48,667 nt of DNA from assembly GCF_006345805.1 (NCBI RefSeq), contig NW_021834468.1, forward strand, positions 1 to 48,667, given 5' to 3'. Every line of letters begins with the position of its first letter. The first letter of the stretch is position 1. Below are positions 12,200-26,872 of the stretch, piece after piece. The position numbers and the translations under genes are program-made. The DNA comes from Octopus sinensis. Lineage: Eukaryota. The notes beneath the pieces were generated by a model. It searched no databases. It was not told where the DNA came from and saw only the letters and a list, made by a program, of their open reading frames with translations.

Positions 12200-13620
12200 A
12201 TTGTAGGATTTCCGCTATACCTCAGTTCTTTCACATAGGTTACACGACGTTGCTCCTTTATTGGCCATGACTTAATTCCTATATTGTCTCTCCACGCATC
12301 TCATGTAATACATAACGTGCAATATATTTTAGGTATTGGTGGTGTAGTTTTCGGTGCAAGATATTTTCTTAAATGGTTATGGTTTGCACATAGCTAGTTG
12401 ATGGAACAACCTGCTTTTTTATATGTAATAATTTTCTAAATTTGCAGTCTAGTTCACCTTAGCTTTCGATGTTGCATCGATGAATATCACATCTTGGGAT
12501 ATGTTTTCTTATACCAGGCATTTTTCTTTCCCGGTTTTTAAAAAAAATTTTTCTTTCGAGTTTGTTCCAGAGTTTCGTGCAGTAAGTGTGCCACACTGTA
12601 TTAGTATCATTGCTGAAGGTAGTTTCAAATTCTCTTAAAGCTCTTTATAAAACCGGTTTTTATCTCGTAGCTTGTATGCAGTGAATGAAATCCTGGACAT
12701 GTTCATAGAGTGGACATATCTGAGCTACGTTTCTTATGATCCTTACTAGATCCGGTATCAAGATGTTTATGTTTCCATTTGTTGTCATAGAAGAGCTCTG
12801 AAAGACCAGGTGCTTATCGGCCATAGCTGAATAAAATGTGAGTGGAGATTTGTTTCTTGTAATTCTAATTTCAAGCCAGAACTGGTCGAATTTGGTTGGG
12901 ATGTTTGGGTAATCAATGGTAAATTTAATGGCTTCGTGAAATGGATTTTACTGGCTACTACGTCTTTTGTATACCATGTTTTTCTATTTCGTGTCTATCA
13001 TCTTGTAGAGTTGTTTTATCACAATGCTTATATCATCTGCATAACACGTACATATCATCAGGTATGGAGTTTTCTAGGAGATACAATTTGAATTACATAT
13101 TATTACTTTACTATGCAGAAGTTATTCTCATCCGCATCAATGCCAATACCAATGGCTGTACCCATTTTTTATCGTATAATTTACTAGCAGTATCGCCCGG
13201 CGTTGCTCGGGTTTGCTTCGACCCTTTAGAATTGGAATTTCTGAAAAGTAAAACTTTTGCATTATTTAGCTTGTTATTCTCTTTAAGTGAACATTGTTCT
13301 GGTTGAAATACATCGAAAAATGGCGACACAGCAGTAAAAAAATCGTAAAAAGTAGGGATTTTCATAGAAAAAAAGCACCTTTTTGATGTAAATAATTTTT
13401 GGTGTTAACATTGTTCGATTTGAATTTTTTCTTCTACGGAAGGAAGAGCAAGCCTGCTTCTATCATACTTTCAATTTTGGTCAACTTGTGCCTCAGGGTC
13501 TCGGAGCAGATAGTGTTAGTTGAAGGCTACCAAACCTGCCATACACAGATAACTTCAGCTTTATATATAGAGAGATTGTTAAATTAAAAAAAATATTTCT
13601 TTAGTGTTGTTTTATGCTGG
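12200..13620 (-). pseudogene. Highly decayed Penelope-like retroelement reverse transcriptase remnant
   Basis: In minus-strand order: FNNKLY (restored after removing the Helitron), frameshift, GTAIG (13148-13162), YADD (13032-13043), FHEAIKFTID (12912-12941). This matches PLE motifs FNxxxY-Q-xxG-xAMG / YVDD / NSxHPxIKFTxE. Boundaries approximate. Confidence 0.7.
13184..13575 (-). mobile_element. Non-autonomous Helitron, 392 bp
   Basis: 5' TC (TCTCTCTATATATAAAG); 3' hairpin CCCGAGCAACGCCGGG followed by CTAG; inserted between A and T with no TSD. Confidence 0.92.
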
Positions 13621-14679
13621 CACCAAACGTATGTGACATTGCCTTGCTTATTTGGTATTGGTTTCATTAAGTTCGGATCGATTTAGCCCATCACATATAT
13701 TTTAGCACTCTAAAACTTATTTTTAAAATTCACTTTCATTACACCACTCGCTAAATAACTTAGCCTTCACAAACTATTTTCAGTATCTATAAGAACTAAT
13801 AGCGATAGGTATCTATAAGAACTCATAGCTCTAGGTTAGTTTCCAATTCTATTTTAATGTTGCCTTAGGTGATTTGAGCGCTTCTGTTTACTGTCATAAG
13901 TTTAACGAATTGGATATATATTCACGATATTTCTGGCTGTTACACATGATTGGTTTTTACTGCTGTGTATTTAATAACAACAGCAGCAACAACAATAATA
14001 ATAATGATAATAATAATAATGGTAATGAAAGTCACAACTAAGATTAATACAGTAGACTCTATGAAGAGAGGTTCAAATGAGCAGTCTTGAGCGAGTATTT
14101 GACAGAAGCACAGTCTGTCCAGAGATTGGGGATACTGTATTTCTCTCTCCCTGTCTCTCTATTTCTTTCTTTCATTCAATATTTCATTCCTTCTTTCTTT
14201 CTTCTTTCCTTCTTTTCCTTTCTTTCCTTTTATATATGGATATGAGTAAGCAAACGATAGAAAGTAGAACTCAACACGTTTAGTTAGTGTCACAAGCCTT
14301 TAACAATCATTTGACTGTATACACGCACACAAACAAAAACACCCACGCATACACACATACATACACACACACATAATTACAATATGACATTTGACCTTTC
14401 CTTTGAGCTTGCCTTTCATATTAGCCCTTCTAATACATAGCAGTGGATGCACTTGTATCTTATTGCTCTTAAATGATATTAAATTTGTCATCTTAAAAAC
14501 TGGTATTGCTTGCACGGGAATTGAACTTGTAGATACAGTTCTTGGGTAGTTGCGTGAATACAGCGCCCGTAAATATGAATGCACAGGTCTATATACATTT
14601 ATAAATATATCCTAACGTGAACAAATATGTATGCCTATGCGTATAATTGTGTTTTATATAACGACGTGAATATACATAC

Positions 14680-17250
<2,571 letters not shown>

Positions 17251-17594
17251 GTGTGTGTATTCTTAAAAGTGATTGCGACAGGTATTTGAGATGAAGGTTC
17301 AGGGACACAATCTCAGAAAGAAGTTAAGCAAAACAGTTTCTATGTGTTCAGCTTTGTTTGCTGTGCTGGATGCATGGCCAACAGAGCTTGAAAATGGATA
17401 AACAAATAAACAAATAAATAAGTAACCAAATAAATAAAATCCTTACGGTATGGCCTACAAAATACCGGACATCCACTTATGACAACAACGCTTCCCTTTA
17501 CGGAGAGAAGTTGCAAAAGCAGTATGATTTTTAACAGTAACTGGCAGATGGACTGTCTCTAAGCGCATGCTCTTTTTATGTATTATATATATAT

Positions 17595-18660
17595 CAGATG
17601 ATGGAGTGCTTCTGCACAGTAGAAGTGATGGGAAACTGTTCAATCTCTCGCGTCTGCGGGCCAAGTCCGAAATCAGAAGCGCCCTGATCAAGGAGATACT
17701 GATGATGCCGCTCTGGTATCACACACAGAAGCCATGCAAAGGCTCATCAACTGTTTTGAACAAGCATGTAGCAACTTTGGCTTAGTTGTCAGCCTCAAGA
17801 AGACCAACATCATGGGTCAGGTTACATCGGACATCCCAAATATACATATTGAAGACCACAGACTATAGGAGGTGGAGAAGTTTACCTATCTTGGCTCTAC
17901 CGTCAACTACAACCTATCCCTTGATGCCGAGTTCAATTTACGCATTAGCAAAGCATGGGACAACAATAAGCTGACCAAGACCACAAAAATGAAGATTTAC
18001 CAGGCATGTGTACTTAGACTCTACTGTATGAACGTGAGACTTGGATGCCATATATGCACCAAGAGCGTCGCCTAAATATCTTTCACCTGCGCTGCCTCCG
18101 GAAAATCCTTGACATCACATGGCAGAATCATGTCCCCAACAAAGATGTTCTCAAGCAAGCAGGAATACCAAGCATCTTTACACTCTCTACACAAATACGT
18201 ATGAGATGGCTTGGACATGTTAGCCGTATGGAAGATGGCAGAATCCCTAAGGACATACTCTACGGATAGTTTGCTTGGGGCACTAGGTCCGAGGGAACAC
18301 CGTTCTTACGATACAAGGATGTTTGCAAAAGTGACATGAAGGACTGCGGCATCAATATTAGCAACTGAGAAGCAGTTGCCAGCAACCGTGGGGATTAGCG
18401 GCGTACCCTAAAAGAAGGAATACAAAGGAGTGACAGAGGGAGAAGGAAGAAATGGAAAACAAGAAAAGACGTCAGCAAGAAATTATGACATTAAAACCAG
18501 CCAGGCAAAGTCTTCGCTACATTTGCGGCACCTGCCAAAGGGAGTGTTTGTCCAGGATAAGACTACACAACCACAGCAGATGTATAAGGACATGAAATGT
18601 AAAAGCTGGACTAGATTATTTTATGCGCAACTCCATTGTCTCCTGACACAAAAAGGATGC

Positions 18661-18671
<11 letters not shown>
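17595..18671 (+). mobile_element. RTE-clade LINE, 5'-truncated; decayed RT C-terminus and 3' end
   Basis: DGKLFNLSRLRAK, (A)DDAAL, EKFTYLGST, RRLNIFHLRCLRKILDITWQ, RMRWLGHVSRMEDGRIPKDILYG, LRYKDVCK; ends GGATGCCAACAACAAC. Confidence 0.93.
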
Positions 18672-18693
<22 letters not shown>

Positions 18694-18731
18694 CGAAATA
18701 TATATATATATATCGAAATATATATATATAT

Positions 18732-18968
18732 ACAGGTGAGAAAGTTGGTGTGTGAAAGCACGTGGTTAGATATATAAAAGTAGAAAAGAGTGAAAAAACT
18801 ACAGAGGCTTGTTTTATAAGATTAAAGAATATATTTAAGTCGTTATGTTAGAAGAATGTTATAAAATTTTGTGTATAGTTACATAGTTTTTGGAGAAATA
18901 ACCGGTTTCGTGTAAACTTTTCAAATTTCTCAAATTTCTTTACCTACATCGTGTCATGTCTTCGTTAT
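18732..18968 (-). mobile_element. Penelope-like 3' remnant with decayed minimal hammerhead (family 3)
   Basis: Homologous to 34168-34360 and, inverted, to 34680-34808; minus strand gagaaat-TTGAAAA-gtttacac-GAAACCGGT-T-atttctc. Confidence 0.55.
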
Positions 18969-18979
18969 AAAGTGCACCA

Positions 18980-19022
<43 letters not shown>

Positions 19023-21105
19023 ACACACACACACACACACGCACGCGCGCACATGCACATACAACACCAACACAAAATATACAAGTCTGTACATAAACAT
19101 ACTTACAAAAATACCCGTTGGTCTTATAAAGAATATTCTATTTGATTCTGTAGCTGACAATCTCATCGTTAAGTTTCCAAATTAATGTCGAAAAGTCTTT
19201 TCTCTCGGTGTCTAAAGGCTGAAAGACGCTGTTACGCAGTCATCAACCGAAAAGCTTATCCAGTTTCTATGTTATCCGAAACATATGGATAGCTATTAAA
19301 TAACGTTGCATTCAGAGATACAAAGCATTTTAAAAGTATGCGGCTCAGCACGTTAGAGATATATGAATACACGTATTCGAAAATATATGAGGGAAAAGTA
19401 AGCTGCTGAAAACTTCGTTTGAAAATTTAAAAAGGTCAGAAACGCACTTTATTAGAGATTACCTATTTATGAAAATTGAATAAATATGTAAAAATTGCAT
19501 ATCCTTCCCTGATAAATAGTTCAATATTGACCTATTCGTTCATGAATTGGTATGATTTTCTCATGTTTCAGAAGGTGCTTTTCTAAGTGATGACATTCAA
19601 AGTAGATCTTTGATCTGAAAGTTTGACATCTGGCAAATTTATGAAGTGCTTTTTATGTATATGCTTCTTCTTGGTTATGCAAATCGTGCAACATTTGGTC
19701 CTACTTCTGTATGCTATGTAACACTATTTATTCGAACACTTGTCTTGATTCAAGGTTTTTCTGTTTGTAATTACCATTTTTGTATTACTACAGGAAGAAG
19801 TGCATATAGCTAAAACTTCTAATGTATATGCGTAGTGTTTACGCACGATATTAAGATCTGATTTCGTTTCGTTTGGTGAAGGTGACTCTCTATACTTTGC
19901 CGTGTTAACACACACACACTCACACACACACACACACACATACTCACACACATACGTATCTGTGTGTGGCGTGTTTGTGTAACTGTGTGTGTTTCTGTAT
20001 ATCTGTGGGTGTTTGTGTTCGCGCTATTGTGTTTGTATTTCTATCTATCTATCTATCTATCTCTATATATGTATGCTTGTATACAAACACATAATGCTTC
20101 AATGATTTATATGTGCATATAAAATTATATCTACGAATATAAATACCTCTTCATAAAACCATATCTGCTGACTTTTACAAGTATGTTAAGTCCATGTGTG
20201 CGTGCAGGTATGCATAAATGTATGTTTGAAATATATTTAACAAAACCCAGTGCCTTATTGTTATTATTCTGAGAAATTTACTGAGCATCTACCTTGGGAA
20301 ATTTAGTACGAAGACAGAATGAAGACTAATCTACCACAAAATTCTTACAAAACTATGCTTTAACGTTTGTGAAGTCATTCTTGAATATATTCCTCATCGA
20401 AAACTATTCTGTTGTTGGTATATCGAAGAGAGCCCCTACCGGCTAAATCTATAAACAAAAGCATTTCAACCATAACCACTCTCTTCTATTTATCTAGGCA
20501 TTCATTGTCAAATATTTTCCTTCTGGTCTAAAATTATTCTTCCTATATATACATATATAGTGGTAAATGTTGCCTGTATAAATATATATTCCCACTGTAT
20601 TTAAATTTCACTTCTATACTTGAAAAGGGGGACAATTATCATAAACACGTTGAATAAGATGGGAAAGTACGTTGACAATTCCCCCGCCAGTCCTCCTGAG
20701 AAAAGTCAATAAATTTCTTCCATTTGAAAGAGTAACGAATCTCTGTTGAAGTAAATGTCTTACAGCAAAAATAAATAAATAGAAGAAACCCAGAAAACGT
20801 TTGCAGTTTAATTTGAGAGAAGCCGCAATCAAAGTAAATTTAAGATAGTAAGTAGTTAATGCTTTATTTTGTCTTGTAAGCAAGATATACATGGTTCGAT
20901 ATTTGATATGCGTTTCCATAAAGGCTGGAAATCGGTTTTCCCTTTTTTTTCCCAATGTTTCAGTTTGATGCGGCTTGTGGGGCTCCCGTCTCCCAACAAA
21001 TAAAAAATCCCCCAAAATAAATGGATCCCATAGTAATTTTGCAGTCTAGTTATAAGATCTATTTTCTGTCTGTCTGTCTGTCTGCCTGTCTGTCTGTCTG
21101 TCTGC

Positions 21106-21165
<60 letters not shown>

Positions 21166-21685
21166 CTCTTTTTCTCCTTTACTGAAGGAGGACACTTTTC
21201 CGAAACGCTTGGTTTCCATTCTTTCTTACAACATAAGGTATATTCGACTGTTGAAAATATTATGTTAGGGAACAGATGCTGGGTGTTCCAGTCTTGATTG
21301 AGACAATTTTAAATGTCTGGTATGGACGTTGTTTCCATAACATTTGGAAGACCTCTAAGAGAAGAGGTAGTTAGCGTTCTTGAGCATAAATCAAAGACTA
21401 CAAGCAAAACATGAAAAAAACGAGATCTTGACCGTCTTGAGAAGATCGATGCAGTGTACTGTTTAGTTCATCTTAGAAGGGACAAACATAGGATAGACTA
21501 ATAAATTGGGCCAGGTGGAGGAAGGTTGCGGTTGCTATTATCTTAAATATGGAATCTGCGAAATAATCCAGACGCTTGTCGGGTTTCTCCTACTGCAATT
21601 AAAGAAAACCTAGAACCGTTTGACAAAAACATCTTTGTTTTCTTGAAGCGTTAAACCGTTCTATCCTGTGATAGAGAAAGAAGGT

Positions 21686-21902
21686 AGGGAGCTGAGAGAA
21701 TTGTTGGCACGCCGGACGAAATGTTTTGCGGCACTTCGTCCTTTTTACGTTCTGAGTTCAAAGTCCGCCAAGGCCGATTTTGCCTTTCATCATTTCAGGG
21801 ATCGATCAAATTAAAATAGTTACCAGTCGAGTAATGGAGTCGATGTAACCGATTATATTCCTCCCCAAAAATTTCAACCCTTGTTTCTGTAACAGAAAGT
21901 AT
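21686..21902 (+). mobile_element. Family B SINE, diverged
   Basis: TTCTGAGTTCAAAGTCCGCC...TGCCTTTCATC...CCCCAAAAATTTC. Confidence 0.8.
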
Positions 21903-22124
21903 TATTTAGCAAAAGGAGAAAACGAACTGCCAAGACCGAAGCGCTATGGACATGATCAATTCTTTCGAGTCGAATGTAATGTATACATATACATATATAT
22001 ATATATGTATGACATGTACATTATATAACATACATATATATATGCATGCATAGATAAACACATGCATAGATAAAAGCCTTTATGTAACGTATGTATGTAG
22101 GTGTGTTTGAAAGTATATATATTT

Positions 22125-22339
22125 TATTCTTTTATTTGTTTCAGTCATTTGACTGCGGCCTTCAGTCGGACAAATCGACTCCAGAACTTATTCTTTGTAA
22201 GCCTTGTACTTATCTTATCGCTCCCGTTCGCCAAACCGCTAAGTTACGTGGACAGAGACACACCAGCATCGGTTGTCAAGCGATGGTGGGGGGACAAACA
22301 CAAACACAAAAACATATACATACATACATATATATATAA

Positions 22340-22383
<44 letters not shown>

Positions 22384-22538
22384 GTCGGGTTTCTTTCCGT
22401 TTACGTCTACTAAACCCACTCACAAGGCTTTTGTCGGTCTGAGGTTATAGCAGAAGACCAAGGTTCCACGCAATGGGACAGAACTCTGAGCCATGTAGTT
22501 GGTAAGCAAGCTATTTACCACACAGTCACTCCTGCGCC
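22125..22538 (-). mobile_element. Family C composite SINE (tRNA/CORE-like head, internal microsatellite, 3' domain)
   Basis: Head GGCGCAGGAGTGACTGTGTGGTAA; internal (TA)n/(TG)n; 3' block ATCGCTTGACAACCGATG...GTAACTTAGCGGT...CAGTCAAATGACTGAAACAAAT. Confidence 0.85.
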
Positions 22539-22865
22539 TATATATATATGTATATATATTTGGGTGCGTATATGTGTTTACAAGTACGTGCTTCTTTGTA
22601 TGTGCTTCAGAAAAATGTGGGGCGAGCTGGCAATGGATGAATTCTTGAGTCATGATCCATTCCGCCATATAGCATGTTTATATATGTATGTATAAACACA
22701 AACACATGCACATCTATATATGTGTATGCCGCAGAGAAAAGTCTCCATAATTTTATTTACTTTTCAATAAACATCTACGTCATATCCTCATGATCTGGCG
22801 GCTGGAAAAAATTTTAAAGAGATGTCTGTGGGATACAATGAACCAAACTCTCATCACTCAAGAAA

Positions 22866-23013
22866 TTCTTTTCTAATCTAGGCACAAGGCCCGAAATTTT
22901 GGGGAGGGGGTACAGTCGATGAGATCGACCCCAGTACGCAGCTAGTACTTAATTTATCGACCCCAAAGAGATGAAAGGCAAAGTCGACCTCGGCGGAATT
23001 TGAACTCAGAATG
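22866..23013 (-). mobile_element. Family B SINE, 3' part
   Basis: Reverse complement of TTCTGAGTTCAAATTCCGCCGAGGTCGACTTTGCCTTTCATC...GGCCTTGTGCCTAG. Confidence 0.85.
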
Positions 23014-23014
23014 T

Positions 23015-23135
23015 AAAATCAATCAAGAAATTTTGAAAAGGAAATTAGGCAAGATAGGTCTCACTCTAAGAAAACCTCGAGGCAGATTTACAAGACAAAT
23101 GTTTGACTGGCAACCTGAGCTAAAGAGAAAATTGG
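23015..23135 (+). pseudogene. Short decayed RTE-type LINE fragment
   Basis: INQEILKRKLGKIGLTLRKP..FTRQMFDWQPELKRK resembles the RTE C-terminal motif RRWxWIGHTLRK...TRQALxWNPxGKR. Confidence 0.55.
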
Positions 23136-23725
23136 ATGACTCAAGAAGGTCTGGAATGGGTATATGGGGGATGACGCAAAAGCAATCGGTACTTCTTTGT
23201 CTGAAGTCAAGAAGGCGTCTACTGGTATGAAATGGTCGCCGACTTACGCTCTTTACGGAGTCAATGTGGACTAAAATAACCATTGATGAAATGGATGACA
23301 CGTTTAACAGTGGCGGGTTTTCAACCCTTAGAATCAATATGCTAAATACGAGTGACTGAATGGTGGAGAGATATTAATACTAACAGTATTTAATATGTTA
23401 CGTGTTACAGAGCCTGTTACCTTTACTCTATTCTAAAGAAATATGAAATATAATTTCAATACATAAAACTAAAACTAAAAATTAAACGGTACATAAAAAA
23501 ATACAAAAGCATAAAAATAGCACATACACAAAGAACACGTGTTCGCAAACACGTATATACACCCAGCATATATACACACACACACATACAAACACATACG
23601 TACATACATTCCGTACAGGCTTTTAACTAGGCATATGTGTATTATGTGTACATGTCATATATATATATGAATACGTATACTTTACATACAGTCTAGGTAT
23701 GCGTGTGAGTATGTATGTATGTATA

Positions 23726-23756
<31 letters not shown>

Positions 23757-23863
23757 GTGTGTGGTGTGTTGTGTGTGTGAGGGGATATATATATAACTAT
23801 ATATATATGTGTGTGAGTGGATATAATATATATACATATATATATATGGATATATATACATAC

Positions 23864-23894
<31 letters not shown>

Positions 23895-24044
23895 ATAAAT
23901 AATATAAGAGAGTGGTCACTATATGGCTCACTCTAGCACCAGTTAATTCCAAAAGGTTTCAACCACGAAAATACATGTTTCCCATGAAAGTCGTACGATT
24001 GTTAGCTCACAACACGGACAGGCAAATAAAAAATAACAAAAATA

Positions 24045-24140
24045 CAGATTATTTTGGGACAATTGTTTCGCTATTAATGAATTAAATTAATTTTTACTTA
24101 CAAAAAAAACCATTTGTAGCTCGTCAGCCAAAACTATCTG
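24045..24140 (-). ncRNA. Type I hammerhead ribozyme, array copy 1
   Basis: Minus strand cagatagttttgg-CTGACGA-gcta...tagc-GAA-ACAATTGT-C-ccaaaataatctg; C17 at 24058. Confidence 0.9.
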
Positions 24141-24580
24141 GATGAAATCCACTCAATCACACGCCAGATTTTACCATAATACGAATAAATACGCGTGTGG
24201 TTCAATTGATTACATCCGACGTTATAATTCAAATGCCCCAACCACAGCGCGCCAAACTTTCACGGAAAACAAATACAGCATTTAGAAATAAATGCAGCAT
24301 AATATAATTAATTAATAAGGGTGAGAGAATTAGATACTAATTTAATAGTATATCTATTCAACACCAAGTGGCCTAGTGCTCTCCGAGAAACCTGGATTAT
24401 TATAATATTTTATAACATATTATAATATTTTTACAAAATAAATATAAGAGAGTGGTCACTATATGGCTCACTCTAGCACCATTTAATCCAAAAGGTTTCA
24501 ACCACGAAAATACATGTTCCCATGAAAGTCAGTACGATTGTTAGCTCACACGGACAGGCAAATAAAAAATAACAAAAATA

Positions 24581-24678
24581 CAGATTATTTTGGGACAATT
24601 GTTTCGCTATTAATGAATTAAATGTAATTTTACTTACAAAAAAAAATCCATTTGTAGCTCGTCAGCCAAAAATATCTG
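24581..24678 (-). ncRNA. Type I hammerhead ribozyme, array copy 2
   Basis: Same motif with one stem I variant; C17 at 24594. Confidence 0.88.
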
Positions 24679-25112
24679 GATGAAATCCACTCAATCACAC
24701 GCCAGATTTTACCATAACGATAAATACGCGTGTGGTTCAATTGATTACATCCGACGTTATAATTCAAATGCCCCACCAACAGCGCGCCAAACTTTCACGG
24801 AAAACAAATACAGCATTTAGAAATAAATGCAGCATATTATAATTAATTAATAAGGTGAGAGAATTAGATACTAATTTAATTATAGTATATCTAAACACCC
24901 AAGTGGCCTAGTGCTCCGAGAAACCTGGATTTTATAATATTTTATAACATATTATTAATTTTTACAAAATAAATATAGGAGAGTGGTCACTATATGGCTC
25001 ACTCTAGCACCAGTTAATCCAAAAGGTTTCAACCACGAAAATACATGTTTCCATGAAAGTCAGTACGATTGTTAGCTCACACGGACAGGGCAAATAAAAA
25101 ATAACAAAAATA

Positions 25113-25206
25113 CAGATTATTTTGGGACAATTGTTTCGCTATTAATGAATTAATGTATTTTACTTACAAAAAAAACCATTTGTAGCTCGTCAGCCAAAAC
25201 TATCTG
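25113..25206 (-). ncRNA. Type I hammerhead ribozyme, array copy 3
   Basis: Same motif; C17 at 25126. Confidence 0.9.
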
Positions 25207-25614
25207 GATGAAATCCACTCATCACACGCCAGATTTTACCATAACGATAAATACGCGTGTGGTTCAATTGATTACATCCGACGTTATAATTCAATGCCCC
25301 AACCAACAGCGCGCCAAACTTTCACGGAAAACAAATACAGCATTTAGAAATAAATGCAGCATAATTATAATTAATTAATAAGGGTGAGAGAATTAGATAC
25401 TAATTTAATAGTATATCTATTCAACACCAAGTGGCCTAGTGCTCTCGAGAAACCTGGATTATTATAATATTTTATAACATATTATAATATTTTTTAAAAT
25501 AAATATAAGAGAGTGGGTTGGGGCATTTGAATTATAACGTCGGATGTAATCAATTGAACCACACGCGTATTTATCGTTATGGTAAAATCTGGCGTGTGAT
25601 TGAGTGATTTCATC

Positions 25615-25708
25615 CAGATAGTTTTGGCTGACGAGCTACAAATGGATTTTTTTGAAGTAAATTACATTTAATTCATTAATAGCGAAACAATTGTCCCAAA
25701 ATAATCTG
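25615..25708 (+). ncRNA. Type I hammerhead ribozyme, array copy 4
   Basis: CTGACGA 25628-25634; gcta/tagc stem II; GAA 25684-25686; ACAATTGT 25687-25694; C17 at 25695; 13-bp stem I with one A-A mismatch. Confidence 0.9.
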
Positions 25709-26142
25709 TATTTTTGTTATTTTTTATTTGCCCTGTCGTGTGAGCTAACAATCGTACTGACTTTCATGGGAAACATGTATTTTCGTGGTTGAAACCTTTT
25801 GATTAACTGGTGCTAGAGTGAGCCATATAGTGACCACTCTCTTATATTTATTTTGTAAAAATATTATAATATGTTATAAAATATTATAATATCCAGGTTT
25901 CCGGAGCACTAGGCCACTTGGTGTGTGAATAGATATACTATTAAATTAGTATCTAATTCTCTCACCCTTATTAATTAATTATAATTATGCTGCATTTTTC
26001 TAAATGCTGTATTTGTTTTCCGTGAAAGTTTGGCGCGCTGTTGGTTGGGGCATTTGAATTATAACGTCGGATGTAATCAATTGAACCACACGCGTATTTA
26101 TCGTTATGGTAAAATCTGGCGTGTGATTGAGTGGATTTCATC

Positions 26143-26238
26143 CAGATAGTTTTGGCTGACGAGCTACAAATGGATTTTTTTGTAAGTAAAATTACATTTA
26201 ATTCATTAATAGCGAAACAATTGTCCCAAAATAATCTG
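26143..26238 (+). ncRNA. Type I hammerhead ribozyme, array copy 5
   Basis: CTGACGA 26156-26162; GAA 26214-26216; C17 at 26225, 530 nt after copy 4. Confidence 0.9.
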
Positions 26239-26505
26239 TATTTTTGTTATTTTTTATTTGCCCTGTCCGTGTGAGCTAACAATCGTACTGACTTTCATGG
26301 GAAACATGTATTTTCGTGGTTGAAACCTTTTGGATTAACTGGTGCTAGAGTGAGCCATATAGTGACCACTCTCTTATATTTATTTTGTAAAAATATTATA
26401 ATATGTTATAATATTATAATAATCCAGGTTTCTCGGAGCACTAGGCCACTTGGTGTTGAATAGATATACTATTAAATTAGTATCTAATTCTCTCACCCTT
26501 ATTAT

Positions 26506-26554
<49 letters not shown>

Positions 26555-26872
26555 CATATATGCTGCATATGTATGATATACATATGCACATACACATACA
26601 TACATTTATATATGCAAAGTTGGTATATCAAAAGTTCCCGAAGCAGTTTTACACACACACATACACACACTCACACACGAGTATAAGAATGAGCTATTAG
26701 CTAAATGCGAGATAATTAGTTAAATCTTTAGTGAATTATGTAAAATGAGGCAGGTGTGGTTTTAATAGAGAAACTGGCTGAGAAAGATTACTTTGAACAA
26801 TATTGAGTCAAATGACAGGAATAAAAGCGGTCTTCAATTAGTTAGCGATGGAGGTTCTTAGACGAGTCCATT

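Larger units (their letters stand above)
23896..26511. mobile_element. ~530-bp hammerhead-containing tandem array with internal inversion (retrozyme/Penelope-pLTR-like, family 1)
   Basis: Units start at ~23901, 24441, 24972 and 25502 (periods 540/531/530); orientation flips at ~25516; ~1.9 inverted units run to ~26511; no ORF of 60 aa or more; (TA)n flanks. Confidence 0.9.

Noticed and set aside
20614-21015. 133-aa minus-strand ORF in unique-looking sequence
   Set aside because: No recognisable motif, non-ATG start, composition unlike real coding sequence
21181-21212. Hammerhead-like CTGAAGGAGG...CCGAAACGCTT
   Set aside because: Core and stem III are broken and no stem I is evident
23896-26511. 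CRISPR array or simple satellite interpretation
   Set aside because: Units are ~530 bp and identical throughout, with no unique spacers or cas genes; eukaryotic context; the ribozyme and inversion fit a retro-derived origin
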